Source: Escherichia phage teqskov
Length of the DNA: 64,000 bases
Sequence record: NC_054934.1
Direction: 5' to 3' (one strand)
Each line of letters opens with the position of its first letter. Within the stretch, counting starts at the first letter, position 1. The translations under genes were made by a program, and so were the position numbers. The notes beneath the pieces are model-generated. The model saw only the letters and a program-made list of their open reading frames with translations. It ran no database searches and had not been told where the DNA came from. Of this stretch, positions 49,698-58,247 are shown in pieces.

Positions 49698-50209
49698 ATA
49701 TTTGTTTAGGTACTACAATTCCACAGGGTTACGTAATTGATGTCACTACCTGGGAAAATGATGGTGACAACTATAAAACTAAAACACTGTTTGGCGTAGA
49801 AGAGCATGAAATCTTACAATTCCAATATCTTTTAAAGAAGTTTAAAAGCAGACATTCTAGTACTAAAGCTGAACGTTATTGTGGTAATGGCTTGTTCAGC
49901 GAGCAATCGCTTTTTATTTATGAATACTTGGTTGAAGGACTGTTCTCAGAACAACTTTATCCAGAATTCATTAAAAAGGTCTTTGATATAGAAGTTGACC
50001 TTGGTAATAAATCCGAAGAAGACGAAGAACGCATATTTGACTTATTCTTTGTGAATGGTAATAAAGTGCTTGAAGGACTTATTAATATTTTAGGTAATGC
50101 TTCTGAGTATTATGATTATGATTTTTTGCGTGTAGTTGAGAGTGTTAAATACTCTTATATAGAAGAAGAAATTGTTTTGCCGACCGTTAAAATGTTTAAT
50201 TTGCTTTAA
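49694..50209 (+). CDS. hypothetical protein (171 aa)
   Basis: ATGA overlap with previous ORF. Confidence 0.5.
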   Translation: MNICLGTTIPQGYVIDVTTWENDGDNYKTKTLFGVEEHEILQFQYLLKKFKSRHSSTKAERYCGNGLFSEQSLFIYEYLVEGLFSEQLYPEFIKKVFDIEVDLGNKSEEDEERIFDLFFVNGNKVLEGLINILGNASEYYDYDFLRVVESVKYSYIEEEIVLPTVKMFNLL

Positions 50210-50295
50210 GAATTATTTGTTATTATTAACTCATACCGCACTGATTAATACCCTCTATCATCAAGGGTTCTTGTTTGAGAGCCTTTGTTAATAAT

Positions 50296-50368
50296 TGGGA
50301 ATTAGCCAAGTTGGTAAGGCATAGCACTTTGACTGCTAGATGCAAAGGTTCGAGTCCTTTATTCCCAG
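50296..50368 (+). tRNA. tRNA-Gln (anticodon TTG)
   Basis: cloverleaf folded by hand: acceptor TGGGAAT/ATTCCCA, anticodon stem TAGCA/TGCTA, loop CTTTGAC, T-loop TTCGAGT. Confidence 0.85.
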
Positions 50369-50369
50369 C

Positions 50370-50456
50370 GCGAGAATGGTCAAATTGGTAAAGGCACAGC
50401 ACTTAAAATGCTGCGGAATGATTTCCTTGTGGGTTCGAGTCCCACTTCTCGCACCA
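50370..50456 (+). tRNA. tRNA-Leu (anticodon TAA), long variable arm, encoded CCA
   Basis: acceptor GCGAGAA/TTCTCGC; anticodon stem CAGCA/TGCTG, loop CTTAAAA. Confidence 0.85.
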
Positions 50457-50461
50457 AATTT

Positions 50462-50536
<75 letters not shown>

Positions 50537-50545
50537 TTTAATTTA

Positions 50546-50619
50546 CTCCGTGTAGCTCAGTTTGGTAGAGCGTCTGCTTTGGGAGCAGAATGTCGTAGGT
50601 TCAAATCCTGCCGCGGAGA
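50546..50619 (+). tRNA. tRNA-Pro (anticodon TGG)
   Basis: acceptor CTCCGTG/CGCGGAG (one G-T pair); anticodon stem TCTGC/GCAGA, loop TTTGGGA; T-loop TTCAAAT. Confidence 0.85.
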
Positions 50620-50621
50620 CT

Positions 50622-50711
50622 GGAGGCGTGGCAGAGTGGTTTAATGCACCGGTCTTGAAAACCGGCAGTCGCTCCGGCGACTCATAGGTTCAAATCCTAT
50701 CGCCTCCGCCA
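50622..50711 (+). tRNA. tRNA-Ser (anticodon TGA), long variable arm, encoded CCA
   Basis: acceptor GGAGGCG/CGCCTCC; anticodon stem CCGGT/ACCGG, loop CTTGAAA. Confidence 0.85.
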
Positions 50712-50716
50712 GTTTT

Positions 50717-50792
50717 GCTGATTTAGCTCAGTAGGTAGAGCAGTTGACTGTTAATCAATTGGTCCATGGTTCGAATCCATGCATGTCCGCCA
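50717..50792 (+). tRNA. aberrant tRNA-like gene (Asn-type anticodon GTT) with non-pairing acceptor stem; probable chimeric or pseudo-tRNA
   Basis: D-arm, anticodon arm (GTTGA-CTGTTAA-TCAAT) and T-arm (CATGG-TTCGAAT-CCATG) fold, but 5' acceptor GCTGATT cannot pair with 3' CATGTCC (3 of 7 pairs); ends in GCCA. Confidence 0.5.
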
Positions 50793-50918
50793 AACTTGTG
50801 ACAGTTGTCACATTAATATCTACTTGACGCGATTATAGGGGTTGAACTGATCACACTTCTCTTAATTTCGTGTGAAGACATCTTGATTGTTGGAGTAGGT
50901 ATTGCTGTGAACTAATTA

Positions 50919-50995
50919 CGGGGTGTAACTCAATTGTATAGAGTAGCGGTCCTCTAAACCGCAGGTTAAAGGTTAGAATCCTTTCACCCTGACCA
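50919..50995 (+). tRNA. tRNA-Arg (anticodon TCT), encoded CCA
   Basis: acceptor CGGGGTG/CACCCTG (one G-T pair); anticodon stem GCGGT/ACCGC, loop CCTCTAA; T-loop TTAGAAT. Confidence 0.85.
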
Positions 50996-51016
50996 AATTA
51001 TTGAGAGAATAATATT

Positions 51017-51571
51017 ATGAGAAGTGATGTAGACTGGGACCAAATTAATTTGGCTATAAAAGCTGGATTAATATACCATGGTAATTTTGAAATAACACAA
51101 GAACTAATTGAAAATGTTGCTTTTCTTAAAATAACAGATAAGAAAAAATTCTTTTCTATGACTGAAGCCAAACGCTTGTCAAAATGGAAAGTATTTTGTA
51201 GGACTGCCGCCCTAAATCTTTTGAAATTTAAAGATGAATTTGATATAGAAAAAAGCTATCGACAGGCTTTCGTATACATAATGGTAGATACTACAAATCC
51301 TAATTATTATAAAATAGGAAGAAGTATAGAACCTGATGTTAGAGTTATAACAGCAAATACATTTTCACCGTTTAAAAGTTTTAAAATAGTATCATTTAGA
51401 TATTCCCAGGATGCAGTAGAACTTGAAAAATATATGCACAGCATTTATAATCAGGACCATATAAATGGTGAATGGTTTTTCTTTCATGACATAAGTTCCA
51501 TAGTTAAAAAATTAGATACTAAATCTACACAATTTGAAATACCAAATGAGAAACCGGGTCGCTACCGGTAA
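51017..51571 (+). CDS. T5orf172 / GIY-YIG-like domain protein (184 aa)
   Basis: C-terminal half has VYIMVD...YYKIGRS...R......ELEKYMHSIY...GEWF, matching the T5orf172 (GIY-YIG superfamily) pattern; lies directly after tRNA-Arg. Confidence 0.55.
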   Translation: MRSDVDWDQINLAIKAGLIYHGNFEITQELIENVAFLKITDKKKFFSMTEAKRLSKWKVFCRTAALNLLKFKDEFDIEKSYRQAFVYIMVDTTNPNYYKIGRSIEPDVRVITANTFSPFKSFKIVSFRYSQDAVELEKYMHSIYNQDHINGEWFFFHDISSIVKKLDTKSTQFEIPNEKPGRYR

Positions 51572-51589
51572 GTCGTCGGACTGATGTTC

Positions 51590-51859
51590 CCTGAGTAAGG
51601 AATTGCGTTAATAATCTTTGCGTTTATTGATGCCCTCTTACATCACAGCAGAAACGGCGCACCGAATTATCGATTCGAGGAAATATCTTTGCCGTAAGCC
51701 GAGTAGCGTTTTTGACGGAACGTTCGGATATGGTCGAGATATGGCCTTTTAAAAATATTGAGTAGCGTCAACTACTTAATAACCGGGTTCAAGTCCCGGC
51801 GTTTCGTACAAACACTTGCCTTAGCAGGTGGAACCCCGACAAGGTTGCCGCAAGGCTTA
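51590..51859 (+). ncRNA. structured non-coding region, possible small stable RNA(s) as at the distal end of the T4 tRNA cluster
   Basis: no ORF; tRNA-like T-arm hairpin CCGGG-TTCAAGT-CCCGG and several inverted repeats; ends at a rho-independent terminator. Confidence 0.25.
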
Positions 51860-51886
51860 GCCCCGACCGAAAGGTTGGGGCTTTTT
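51860..51886 (+). terminator. rho-independent terminator (CCCCGACC-GAAA-GGTTGGGG then CTTTTT)
   Basis: 8-bp GC-rich stem, GAAA loop, T-run. Confidence 0.7.
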
Positions 51887-51932
51887 AGTATAAATAAGTA
51901 TATTAAAACCACGAATTAAAACAGGAAATAAG

Positions 51933-52406
51933 ATGAAATCATATGCTCAATTTTTAAATGAAGCGGTGTTAAATGAAGCATCTAGCACTGAAATTCAAGC
52001 TGTTGCAAAAGCTGCCATTGCCGCGGGTAAATATTCCTATAAAGATGCTTCCGATGAATCACGATTCCAATTTGCTCGTGATATGAAAGCCGAAGGATTT
52101 ACAGGGAATGCAGTTAGTATGGCTTGGAAAAGTTTAGTTGCTACTGGAGCTGCTTTTGCAAAGGCTTCAGGTAAACCTGCTCCTAAGGCTGATCCTAAAG
52201 CAGCACAAGAAAAAAATATTGCTAAAGGAATTATCTCTAGGTATGAAGCAATTCTTAAAGAACTTTTGATAATCAAAACTGAAGGCCAAAAGCTAGCTCG
52301 TGCTTATAGTTTCAAAGATAACCCACATGTTCACTCTCTTGAATATGTTGAAGACATCCAAAAAATTATTAAAGACCGCATTTGGTCTGCTAAACAAATC
52401 AAATAA
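51933..52406 (+). CDS. CTS-bearing putative internal (head-packaged) protein, 157 aa, Lys/Ala-rich
   Basis: N-terminus MKSYAQFLNEAVLNEA resembles the CTS with L-x-E cleavage motifs; followed by a terminator. Confidence 0.5.
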   Translation: MKSYAQFLNEAVLNEASSTEIQAVAKAAIAAGKYSYKDASDESRFQFARDMKAEGFTGNAVSMAWKSLVATGAAFAKASGKPAPKADPKAAQEKNIAKGIISRYEAILKELLIIKTEGQKLARAYSFKDNPHVHSLEYVEDIQKIIKDRIWSAKQIK

Positions 52407-52414
52407 CATTCTTA

Positions 52415-52442
52415 GCCCCAGCCGAAAGGTTGGGGCTTTTTG
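52415..52442 (+). terminator. rho-independent terminator (CCCCAGCC-GAAA-GGTTGGGG then CTTTTT), near-duplicate of the one at 51860
   Basis: stem-loop plus T-run. Confidence 0.7.
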
Positions 52443-52575
52443 GTATCTAGGCCTTTCCGGGCCTCTCTGGGCATCATTTAGTTTATACCCTTTATAATAT
52501 ATTATCCTACCTTTTAATTGTCCCTCCTGACCCTAGAATTCCCTAAAACTTTTTAAAAAATTTTTTCACAAAACT

Positions 52576-52605
52576 GTTTACATCCCTGTTCTTCCATGGT
52601 ACTAT
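52576..52605 (+). promoter_or_regulatory. T4-type early promoter (GTTTAC-N18-TACTAT)
   Basis: -35 GTTTAC at 52576, TG-n-TACTAT -10 at 52600; 30 nt upstream of ORF 52637. Confidence 0.6.
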
Positions 52606-52636
52606 ACAACTATCAACTACTGATACAGAAAACAAT

Positions 52637-52912
52637 TTGGAGAATGAAATGGATAATTACGGCGAACTGTTCAACTTCTTTATGAAATGTGTTTCAGAAG
52701 ATTTCGGTCGTACAGTGAATGATATTAAAGTTATCGGTCCTGATCATCCGATGTTTGAAACTTACGCAGTAATGGGTAATGAAGACGGTCAGTGGTATAC
52801 TGTAAAGGTTGTGATTAACATGTTCACGGCAGAAGGTTATGTTAAACTGTCTTCTAAAGTTTACCATGATAACGACGAAATCGCAGAAGAATATTTCAAT
52901 AATATGAAATAA
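52637..52912 (+). CDS. hypothetical protein (91 aa, e.8-position)
   Basis: ORF downstream of early promoter. Confidence 0.5.
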   Translation: MENEMDNYGELFNFFMKCVSEDFGRTVNDIKVIGPDHPMFETYAVMGNEDGQWYTVKVVINMFTAEGYVKLSSKVYHDNDEIAEEYFNNMK

Positions 52913-52981
52913 TTGTGTACAAACACCAAGGACGGTGTTATTATAGACTTATCAAAAACAAATACAGAAACGGAGAAATAA

Positions 52982-53194
52982 ATGACTACTTTAATTATTT
53001 GGTTCGACGAAAATGAAGAAACATACTGCGTGAACATTGGCGAAAGCCCAATGCCAGAATTTGAATCTTCAGATAAAAACTCGGTTGTATCTTGGGCTGA
53101 AGGTTATAAAGCAGCAAAAGGCGATGTTGAAATAGTTTACAAACTCTTGGGAGTAGAGTATAATACTCCCACGGATTATAAAACCCTTAATTAA
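52982..53194 (+). CDS. hypothetical protein (70 aa)
   Basis: ORF with GGAGAA upstream. Confidence 0.5.
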   Translation: MTTLIIWFDENEETYCVNIGESPMPEFESSDKNSVVSWAEGYKAAKGDVEIVYKLLGVEYNTPTDYKTLN

Positions 53195-53208
53195 CTAAAG
53201 GAAATGCT

Positions 53209-53802
53209 ATGAACATGCTGAAGAAAATTGTTGAGTTTATTCGCACTAAACTTGGTTCTGCTATGGCTAAAAATTTATCTGTTGAAGAACAGTATACTGC
53301 TGCGGCAGCAAAACTACTTGATAAGATTAAAGATCTAAAAACTGCTTCTGTTAAATCTATTAATGAAGAAAAACGTATTCGTGAACTTATTGTCGAAAAG
53401 AATCGACAGGCCGAATCAAAAGAGCGTGAAATTCGCAAGCTTCTTTCTGAAGGTCAAGATGTAACAATGCATGCTAAACTCGGCTTGCTATATCGTCGAA
53501 CAGCTGAACAGTTGACTACTAAAGCTGATGGTTATGCTGAAATGCGAATTGAAATCGCCAAGAAAGTAGTTGAATTGGATGATGCTCGCCAAGAACTTGC
53601 AGTTAAATTGGAATATATCCGTGAAACTCGTGCAGCAAATGCCCTTGGAATTAGTACTGCTGATGATGTAGTTGAAATTGCAGCGCTAACTAAAGTTGAT
53701 ATTGAAGATACTCTCGCCCGAGTTGAAACCTTTAATGGTAATATTTCTGGGGTTGAAACTACCTCTGCCGATGTTCAGGAATATATTAATTCTCTGAAAT
53801 AA
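53209..53802 (+). CDS. hypothetical coiled-coil protein (197 aa)
   Basis: charged, helical composition; followed by GGGGC-TTCG-GCCCC hairpin. Confidence 0.55.
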   Translation: MNMLKKIVEFIRTKLGSAMAKNLSVEEQYTAAAAKLLDKIKDLKTASVKSINEEKRIRELIVEKNRQAESKEREIRKLLSEGQDVTMHAKLGLLYRRTAEQLTTKADGYAEMRIEIAKKVVELDDARQELAVKLEYIRETRAANALGISTADDVVEIAALTKVDIEDTLARVETFNGNISGVETTSADVQEYINSLK

Positions 53803-53843
53803 TGATAAGGGGCTTCGGCCCCTATTACTTGGAGTAAGTAGGA

Positions 53844-54449
53844 ATGAAAATGCAAAGTGATTTCAATTCAATGTTTGAAGAGTTCCAAAGACAGGTTGAT
53901 GTTCCAGACCAATTACTAAATGCTCTTAAACGCATGGCAGAAGGACGTAATTACTATTGGGGGTCTTCATATGAAACTGATGAAAGTCTTTCTGGATTTT
54001 ATAAAGGTAAAAAGTCTTTAATACGTCCTGGAATACTTATTAACAGTATTGAATCAATTCATTTATTAACATGCGATTTTGACGTTGAATTTACTGATTT
54101 TGTTTCTCCTGAATGGACGGTCTGTTATTTAAACGACGATTATGATTATCTTGGCGTTTATAGTTTAAGTGATGCATGGTTTAAACGTAATTTACAAAAG
54201 TCAAATTTATTCTATATTGATACTACTGTAAAATTTCAGGGCAAGAAATATTTCTTTACTCTTATAGTTGATTCTGAAACGAAGCATGAAAATAAACGTA
54301 TTCTTAGTAAAAAGAATATCTTAACTATTGTCGATGTTCTTTTTGATAAATTCGTAGAAAATCCTAATTTTGAAAGCGATTTATTATTAGAAAAATTTGT
54401 TAAGGAATGTAGAGAATATGTCAAAGCCATCACTATACCTTCCAAGTAA
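53844..54449 (+). CDS. hypothetical protein (201 aa) with C-terminal FVKECR motif
   Basis: ATG ORF; C-terminus shares motif and nucleotide repeat with the next three genes. Confidence 0.55.
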   Translation: MKMQSDFNSMFEEFQRQVDVPDQLLNALKRMAEGRNYYWGSSYETDESLSGFYKGKKSLIRPGILINSIESIHLLTCDFDVEFTDFVSPEWTVCYLNDDYDYLGVYSLSDAWFKRNLQKSNLFYIDTTVKFQGKKYFFTLIVDSETKHENKRILSKKNILTIVDVLFDKFVENPNFESDLLLEKFVKECREYVKAITIPSK

Positions 54450-54810
54450 ACCCTTAAAGTATGAATTAAAGCGTCAGATAATTTCTACTGATGTGTTAAT
54501 AGGTCCTGTGGTAGCTGTATCATTTGTGATTCTGCTGATTGCTGGAATGGTTATAGACGTTATGACTGATATTGAATCTGGTGCAATATTTGGAGCAACA
54601 CTAATTCTTCCATTGGTAGTTCCGCTTTTATTAGTACCTATAAATTGGATAGGATATTGGTATCAAGGAAGACACTATCGTAAACGTGTACGTGATTGGA
54701 AAGCTCAGTGTAAAAAGATTAAAAAGGAACATCAGCTTAAACTTGCTGCGCATGAATTTGATGAAATTATGAAATTTGTTAAGGAATCACGATGCAAAAG
54801 CCAAAACTAA
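54418..54810 (+). CDS. small membrane protein, paralogue family member (C-terminus KFVKESRCK)
   Basis: ORF-track start 54397 is TTG; ATG at 54418; two hydrophobic helices then a basic segment. Confidence 0.55.
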   Translation: MSKPSLYLPSKPLKYELKRQIISTDVLIGPVVAVSFVILLIAGMVIDVMTDIESGAIFGATLILPLVVPLLLVPINWIGYWYQGRHYRKRVRDWKAQCKKIKKEHQLKLAAHEFDEIMKFVKESRCKSQN

Positions 54811-55154
54811 ATAAAGTCAAATATTCTCTTCCTGAGGCACTATTAATTCTTGCCGTATCAGCATTTGCAGCTCTTGCAGGTAGTCTTATTGGATTGTTAA
54901 TTGACTGTTTTATTTTAAACATCGACGGCACAGTAATTATAACAGAGGTTTGGAGTGAACTTCGTTTTACTATAGCGATTTCATTATTTTCATTCTTTGG
55001 TACAATGTTATATTTTCATTATGATAATTTTAAAATAAATTGGCAAAGAAAAAAGGATTACAAAATACAATTAAAGGAATATAATAGCTACATGTCTTAT
55101 ATTGAAAAAGAATCAATGGAAGAGTTTGTGAGTGATTGTAGGAAAATTAAATGA
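54792..55154 (+). CDS. small membrane protein, paralogue family member (C-terminus EFVSDCRKIK)
   Basis: two hydrophobic helices, basic segment, conserved tail. Confidence 0.55.
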   Translation: MQKPKLNKVKYSLPEALLILAVSAFAALAGSLIGLLIDCFILNIDGTVIITEVWSELRFTIAISLFSFFGTMLYFHYDNFKINWQRKKDYKIQLKEYNSYMSYIEKESMEEFVSDCRKIK

Positions 55155-55639
55155 TTTTAAAAACTCGCTGGTATGATTTAGATGATGGGGACGATGGCAT
55201 TTCAGTTGATAGAGTTGATTGGAGTGGCTGTTCTGAAGATACAAAGAAACGATTAATTAGGGAGTTTAGAATGGGATATCAAGCAGCTAAGCCATCTACT
55301 GTAACAGATGATAAATTCGTGTGTATTCAAAATGGTCGTGCTAAGTTAACGAACGCTGATTGGTTCACAGATAAGAAGGTTATTCTGTGGTATATTATTA
55401 GTTTTCCTGTGACATCATTTGTATTTTGCTTCTTTGGAGAAAGTCCAGTAGGCAGAACGGAAGATTGGATTCTTTTAATTATACTTGTTAATATTTTTAC
55501 AGCAACAGTACTATCAGGAATATGGTGCGTGTTCATTGAAATGCCATGGCGGTTACGTAGGCAGCAAAAGATTTTTGATGAAAAGAAATATACTCAAAAT
55601 TTAAATAATTTTATCACTGAATGCAGGAAATTAAAATGA
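55151..55639 (+). CDS. small membrane protein, paralogue family member (C-terminus NFITECRKLK)
   Basis: two hydrophobic helices, basic segment, conserved tail. Confidence 0.55.
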   Translation: MILKTRWYDLDDGDDGISVDRVDWSGCSEDTKKRLIREFRMGYQAAKPSTVTDDKFVCIQNGRAKLTNADWFTDKKVILWYIISFPVTSFVFCFFGESPVGRTEDWILLIILVNIFTATVLSGIWCVFIEMPWRLRRQQKIFDEKKYTQNLNNFITECRKLK

Positions 55640-56076
55640 AAACATTATCAGCTGGTATTATCTTTATGACAGAAGATAAAGATTTATTTATGGGACGAGT
55701 TACTGGTTCTCGTAAGCCTGGAATGATGGCACATCGCTGGGATATTCCAAAGGGGCGTGTAGAAAATTCTGATTTAAGCGCATTAGATGCAGCACGAAGA
55801 GAATGCTCAGAAGAGACTGGTTTTAACAATTATAATCCAGACCTTCTAGAAGACCTAGGTGTATTTAAATATTCTAGTAATAAAGACTTACAGTTATTTT
55901 ATTATACGATTCCAGTAGAGCATGAGATGTTCAGAAATTGCCATTGCGAGTCTTATTTTGAAAATAAAGATGGTGTTATGATTCCAGAGATGGATGCTTT
56001 TGCCCTTATTCCTCGTACTCAGTGGCAATATGTGATGGGTCCTTCACTTTACCGAATAATGAACAGCCTCTTTTAA
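55621..56076 (+). CDS. nudE: Nudix hydrolase NudE
   Basis: Nudix box G-x5-E-x7-R-E-C-S-E-E-T-G (KGRVENSDLSALDAARRECSEETGF); 151 aa; alternative start at 55636 is translationally coupled to the upstream gene. Confidence 0.85.
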   Translation: MQEIKMKTLSAGIIFMTEDKDLFMGRVTGSRKPGMMAHRWDIPKGRVENSDLSALDAARRECSEETGFNNYNPDLLEDLGVFKYSSNKDLQLFYYTIPVEHEMFRNCHCESYFENKDGVMIPEMDAFALIPRTQWQYVMGPSLYRIMNSLF

Positions 56077-56607
<531 letters not shown>

Positions 56608-56666
56608 AGTTGTTTACTTTCTCCTAGAATTGTGATAGTATATTCACAGTTACTTGGAGGGATAAA

Positions 56667-57083
56667 ATGACTCGTATTAATTTGACTTTAGTATCTGAAC
56701 TTGCTGATCAACATTTAATCGCAGAATACCGTGAATTGCCACGTGTTTTTGGTATAGTTCGTAAGCATGTGGCAAACGGTAAGCGCGTTAAAGATTTTAA
56801 AATATCTTCCGAGTTTATTTTAGGTTCTGGTCATGTTACGTTCTTTTACGATAAGTTAGAATTTTTGCGAAAGCGTCAATTAGACATTATAACGGAATGC
56901 TTAAAACGAGGGTTCAGTATAAAAGATACTGAAGTTCCTGACATCAGCGATATTCCAGTAGAATGGAAAAATGATTATAATCCATGCAAATCAGCTATTA
57001 AATTGAGTCAACAACGACTTGATGAAAAAATTTTAATGAAACCACATTGGTATAAGTATTACGGTAAAAATATTTACATTTAA
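56667..57083 (+). CDS. denV: endonuclease V (pyrimidine-dimer DNA glycosylase) DenV
   Basis: 138 aa; [17 protein letters not shown]... recognised. Confidence 0.9.
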   Translation: MTRINLTLVSELADQHLIAEYRELPRVFGIVRKHVANGKRVKDFKISSEFILGSGHVTFFYDKLEFLRKRQLDIITECLKRGFSIKDTEVPDISDIPVEWKNDYNPCKSAIKLSQQRLDEKILMKPHWYKYYGKNIYI

Positions 57084-57092
57084 AGGAAACAT

Positions 57093-57566
57093 ATGAAAAC
57101 ATATCAAGAATTTATCACTGAAGCAGCTATTAATTCTCAAATTATTGCTGAATCTTTTACCGATCTTTTGAAATTTAAAAAAGGTCAAAAAATCACTGCT
57201 GTATTGGATGATGGTACAGAAGTTGAGATGGATGTACAGGGATATAATTATGCAGTAGATGGAAAACTGTATAATAAATCTCATGCTAAATTTGATTCAT
57301 TTGACGACTTTGTTAATACAGTTGAAGATGAAAAAACTCGTAGATCCATTGCAACTGGTGATGCTAAGGTTCTTATGGCACATGGTCATGAACGCATTCG
57401 CGCTAAACAGAATAAAATGGGTGAAGATAATTTTGCATTAGTTGGTTATCAATCTGGTAAACAAACTTATGGCTATCAACGTACTGCTACCATGTATAAT
57501 AAAAATGGTAAAATCGCTTTCGTGAATAGTAAAGGTTCTATTCAGTACGTTAAATCGTTCAAATAA
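57093..57566 (+). CDS. CTS-bearing internal protein (ipII/ipIII locus), 157 aa
   Basis: N-terminus MKTYQEFITEAAINSQIIAE; position after denV corresponds to T4 ipII/ipIII. Confidence 0.6.
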   Translation: MKTYQEFITEAAINSQIIAESFTDLLKFKKGQKITAVLDDGTEVEMDVQGYNYAVDGKLYNKSHAKFDSFDDFVNTVEDEKTRRSIATGDAKVLMAHGHERIRAKQNKMGEDNFALVGYQSGKQTYGYQRTATMYNKNGKIAFVNSKGSIQYVKSFK

Positions 57567-57707
57567 TATGGGAACAACCTGGACCTCATGATTCTATGAG
57601 GGATTCCCGCCAACCTGTAATAAGGTCGAGCCTGAGTGCGGTAATGGGTAAATACAGAAATGGACAATTCATGCGCCACGGAATGGCCCAAATTTAGAGA
57701 GAATAAA

Positions 57708-58247
57708 ATGAGAACATTTTTAACTGGTCCTTATCTATCCCTGATGAATGCTTTTACACACCATTCTGACGCTAGAGTAGAAGAAATTTGTAAAAACGAA
57801 TATATCCCGCCATTTGAAGAATTACTTAAACAGTACTGCACACTTCGACTAGATGGTGGACGTCAATCTGGTAAATCAACTGCAGTAACTAATTTTGCCG
57901 CTAATTGGTTGTATGACGGTGGAACAGTTATTGTTCTTTCTAATACTTCAGCTTACGCTAAAATTTCTGCAAATAACATTAAAAAGGAATTTTCGCGTTA
58001 TTCTAATGATGATATACGTTTTCGTTTATTTACTGATTCTGTACGCAGTTTTATTGGTAATAAAGGAAGTAAGTTCAGAGGTTTATCGCTTTCGCGAATT
58101 TTGTATATAATTGACGAGCCTGTCAAATCTCCTGATATGGATAAGATTTATAGTGTCCATATTGACACTGTACACTGCTGCTGTAATATTAAATGTTGTA
58201 TTGGTGGTATTACTCGTCCACAGTTTTTCGTAATCGGAATGCAATGA
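57708..58247 (+). CDS. small P-loop NTPase (Walker A GGRQSGKST, Walker B ILYIIDEP)
   Basis: ATG at 57708 with GAGAGAA upstream (the ORF track extends to an ATG at 57660); Walker motifs read directly. Confidence 0.55.
   Translation: MRTFLTGPYLSLMNAFTHHSDARVEEICKNEYIPPFEELLKQYCTLRLDGGRQSGKSTAVTNFAANWLYDGGTVIVLSNTSAYAKISANNIKKEFSRYSNDDIRFRLFTDSVRSFIGNKGSKFRGLSLSRILYIIDEPVKSPDMDKIYSVHIDTVHCCCNIKCCIGGITRPQFFVIGMQ

Noticed and set aside
53209-53802. Resemblance of the 197-aa coiled-coil protein to PspA/IM30-type membrane-stress proteins
   Set aside because: Based only on charged helical composition; no specific motif could be confirmed by eye.
55621-55639. Alternative start for nudE at 55636 versus 55621
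   Set aside because: Both ATGs are in frame and cannot be distinguished from sequence alone; the longer form is reported and the coupled start is noted.
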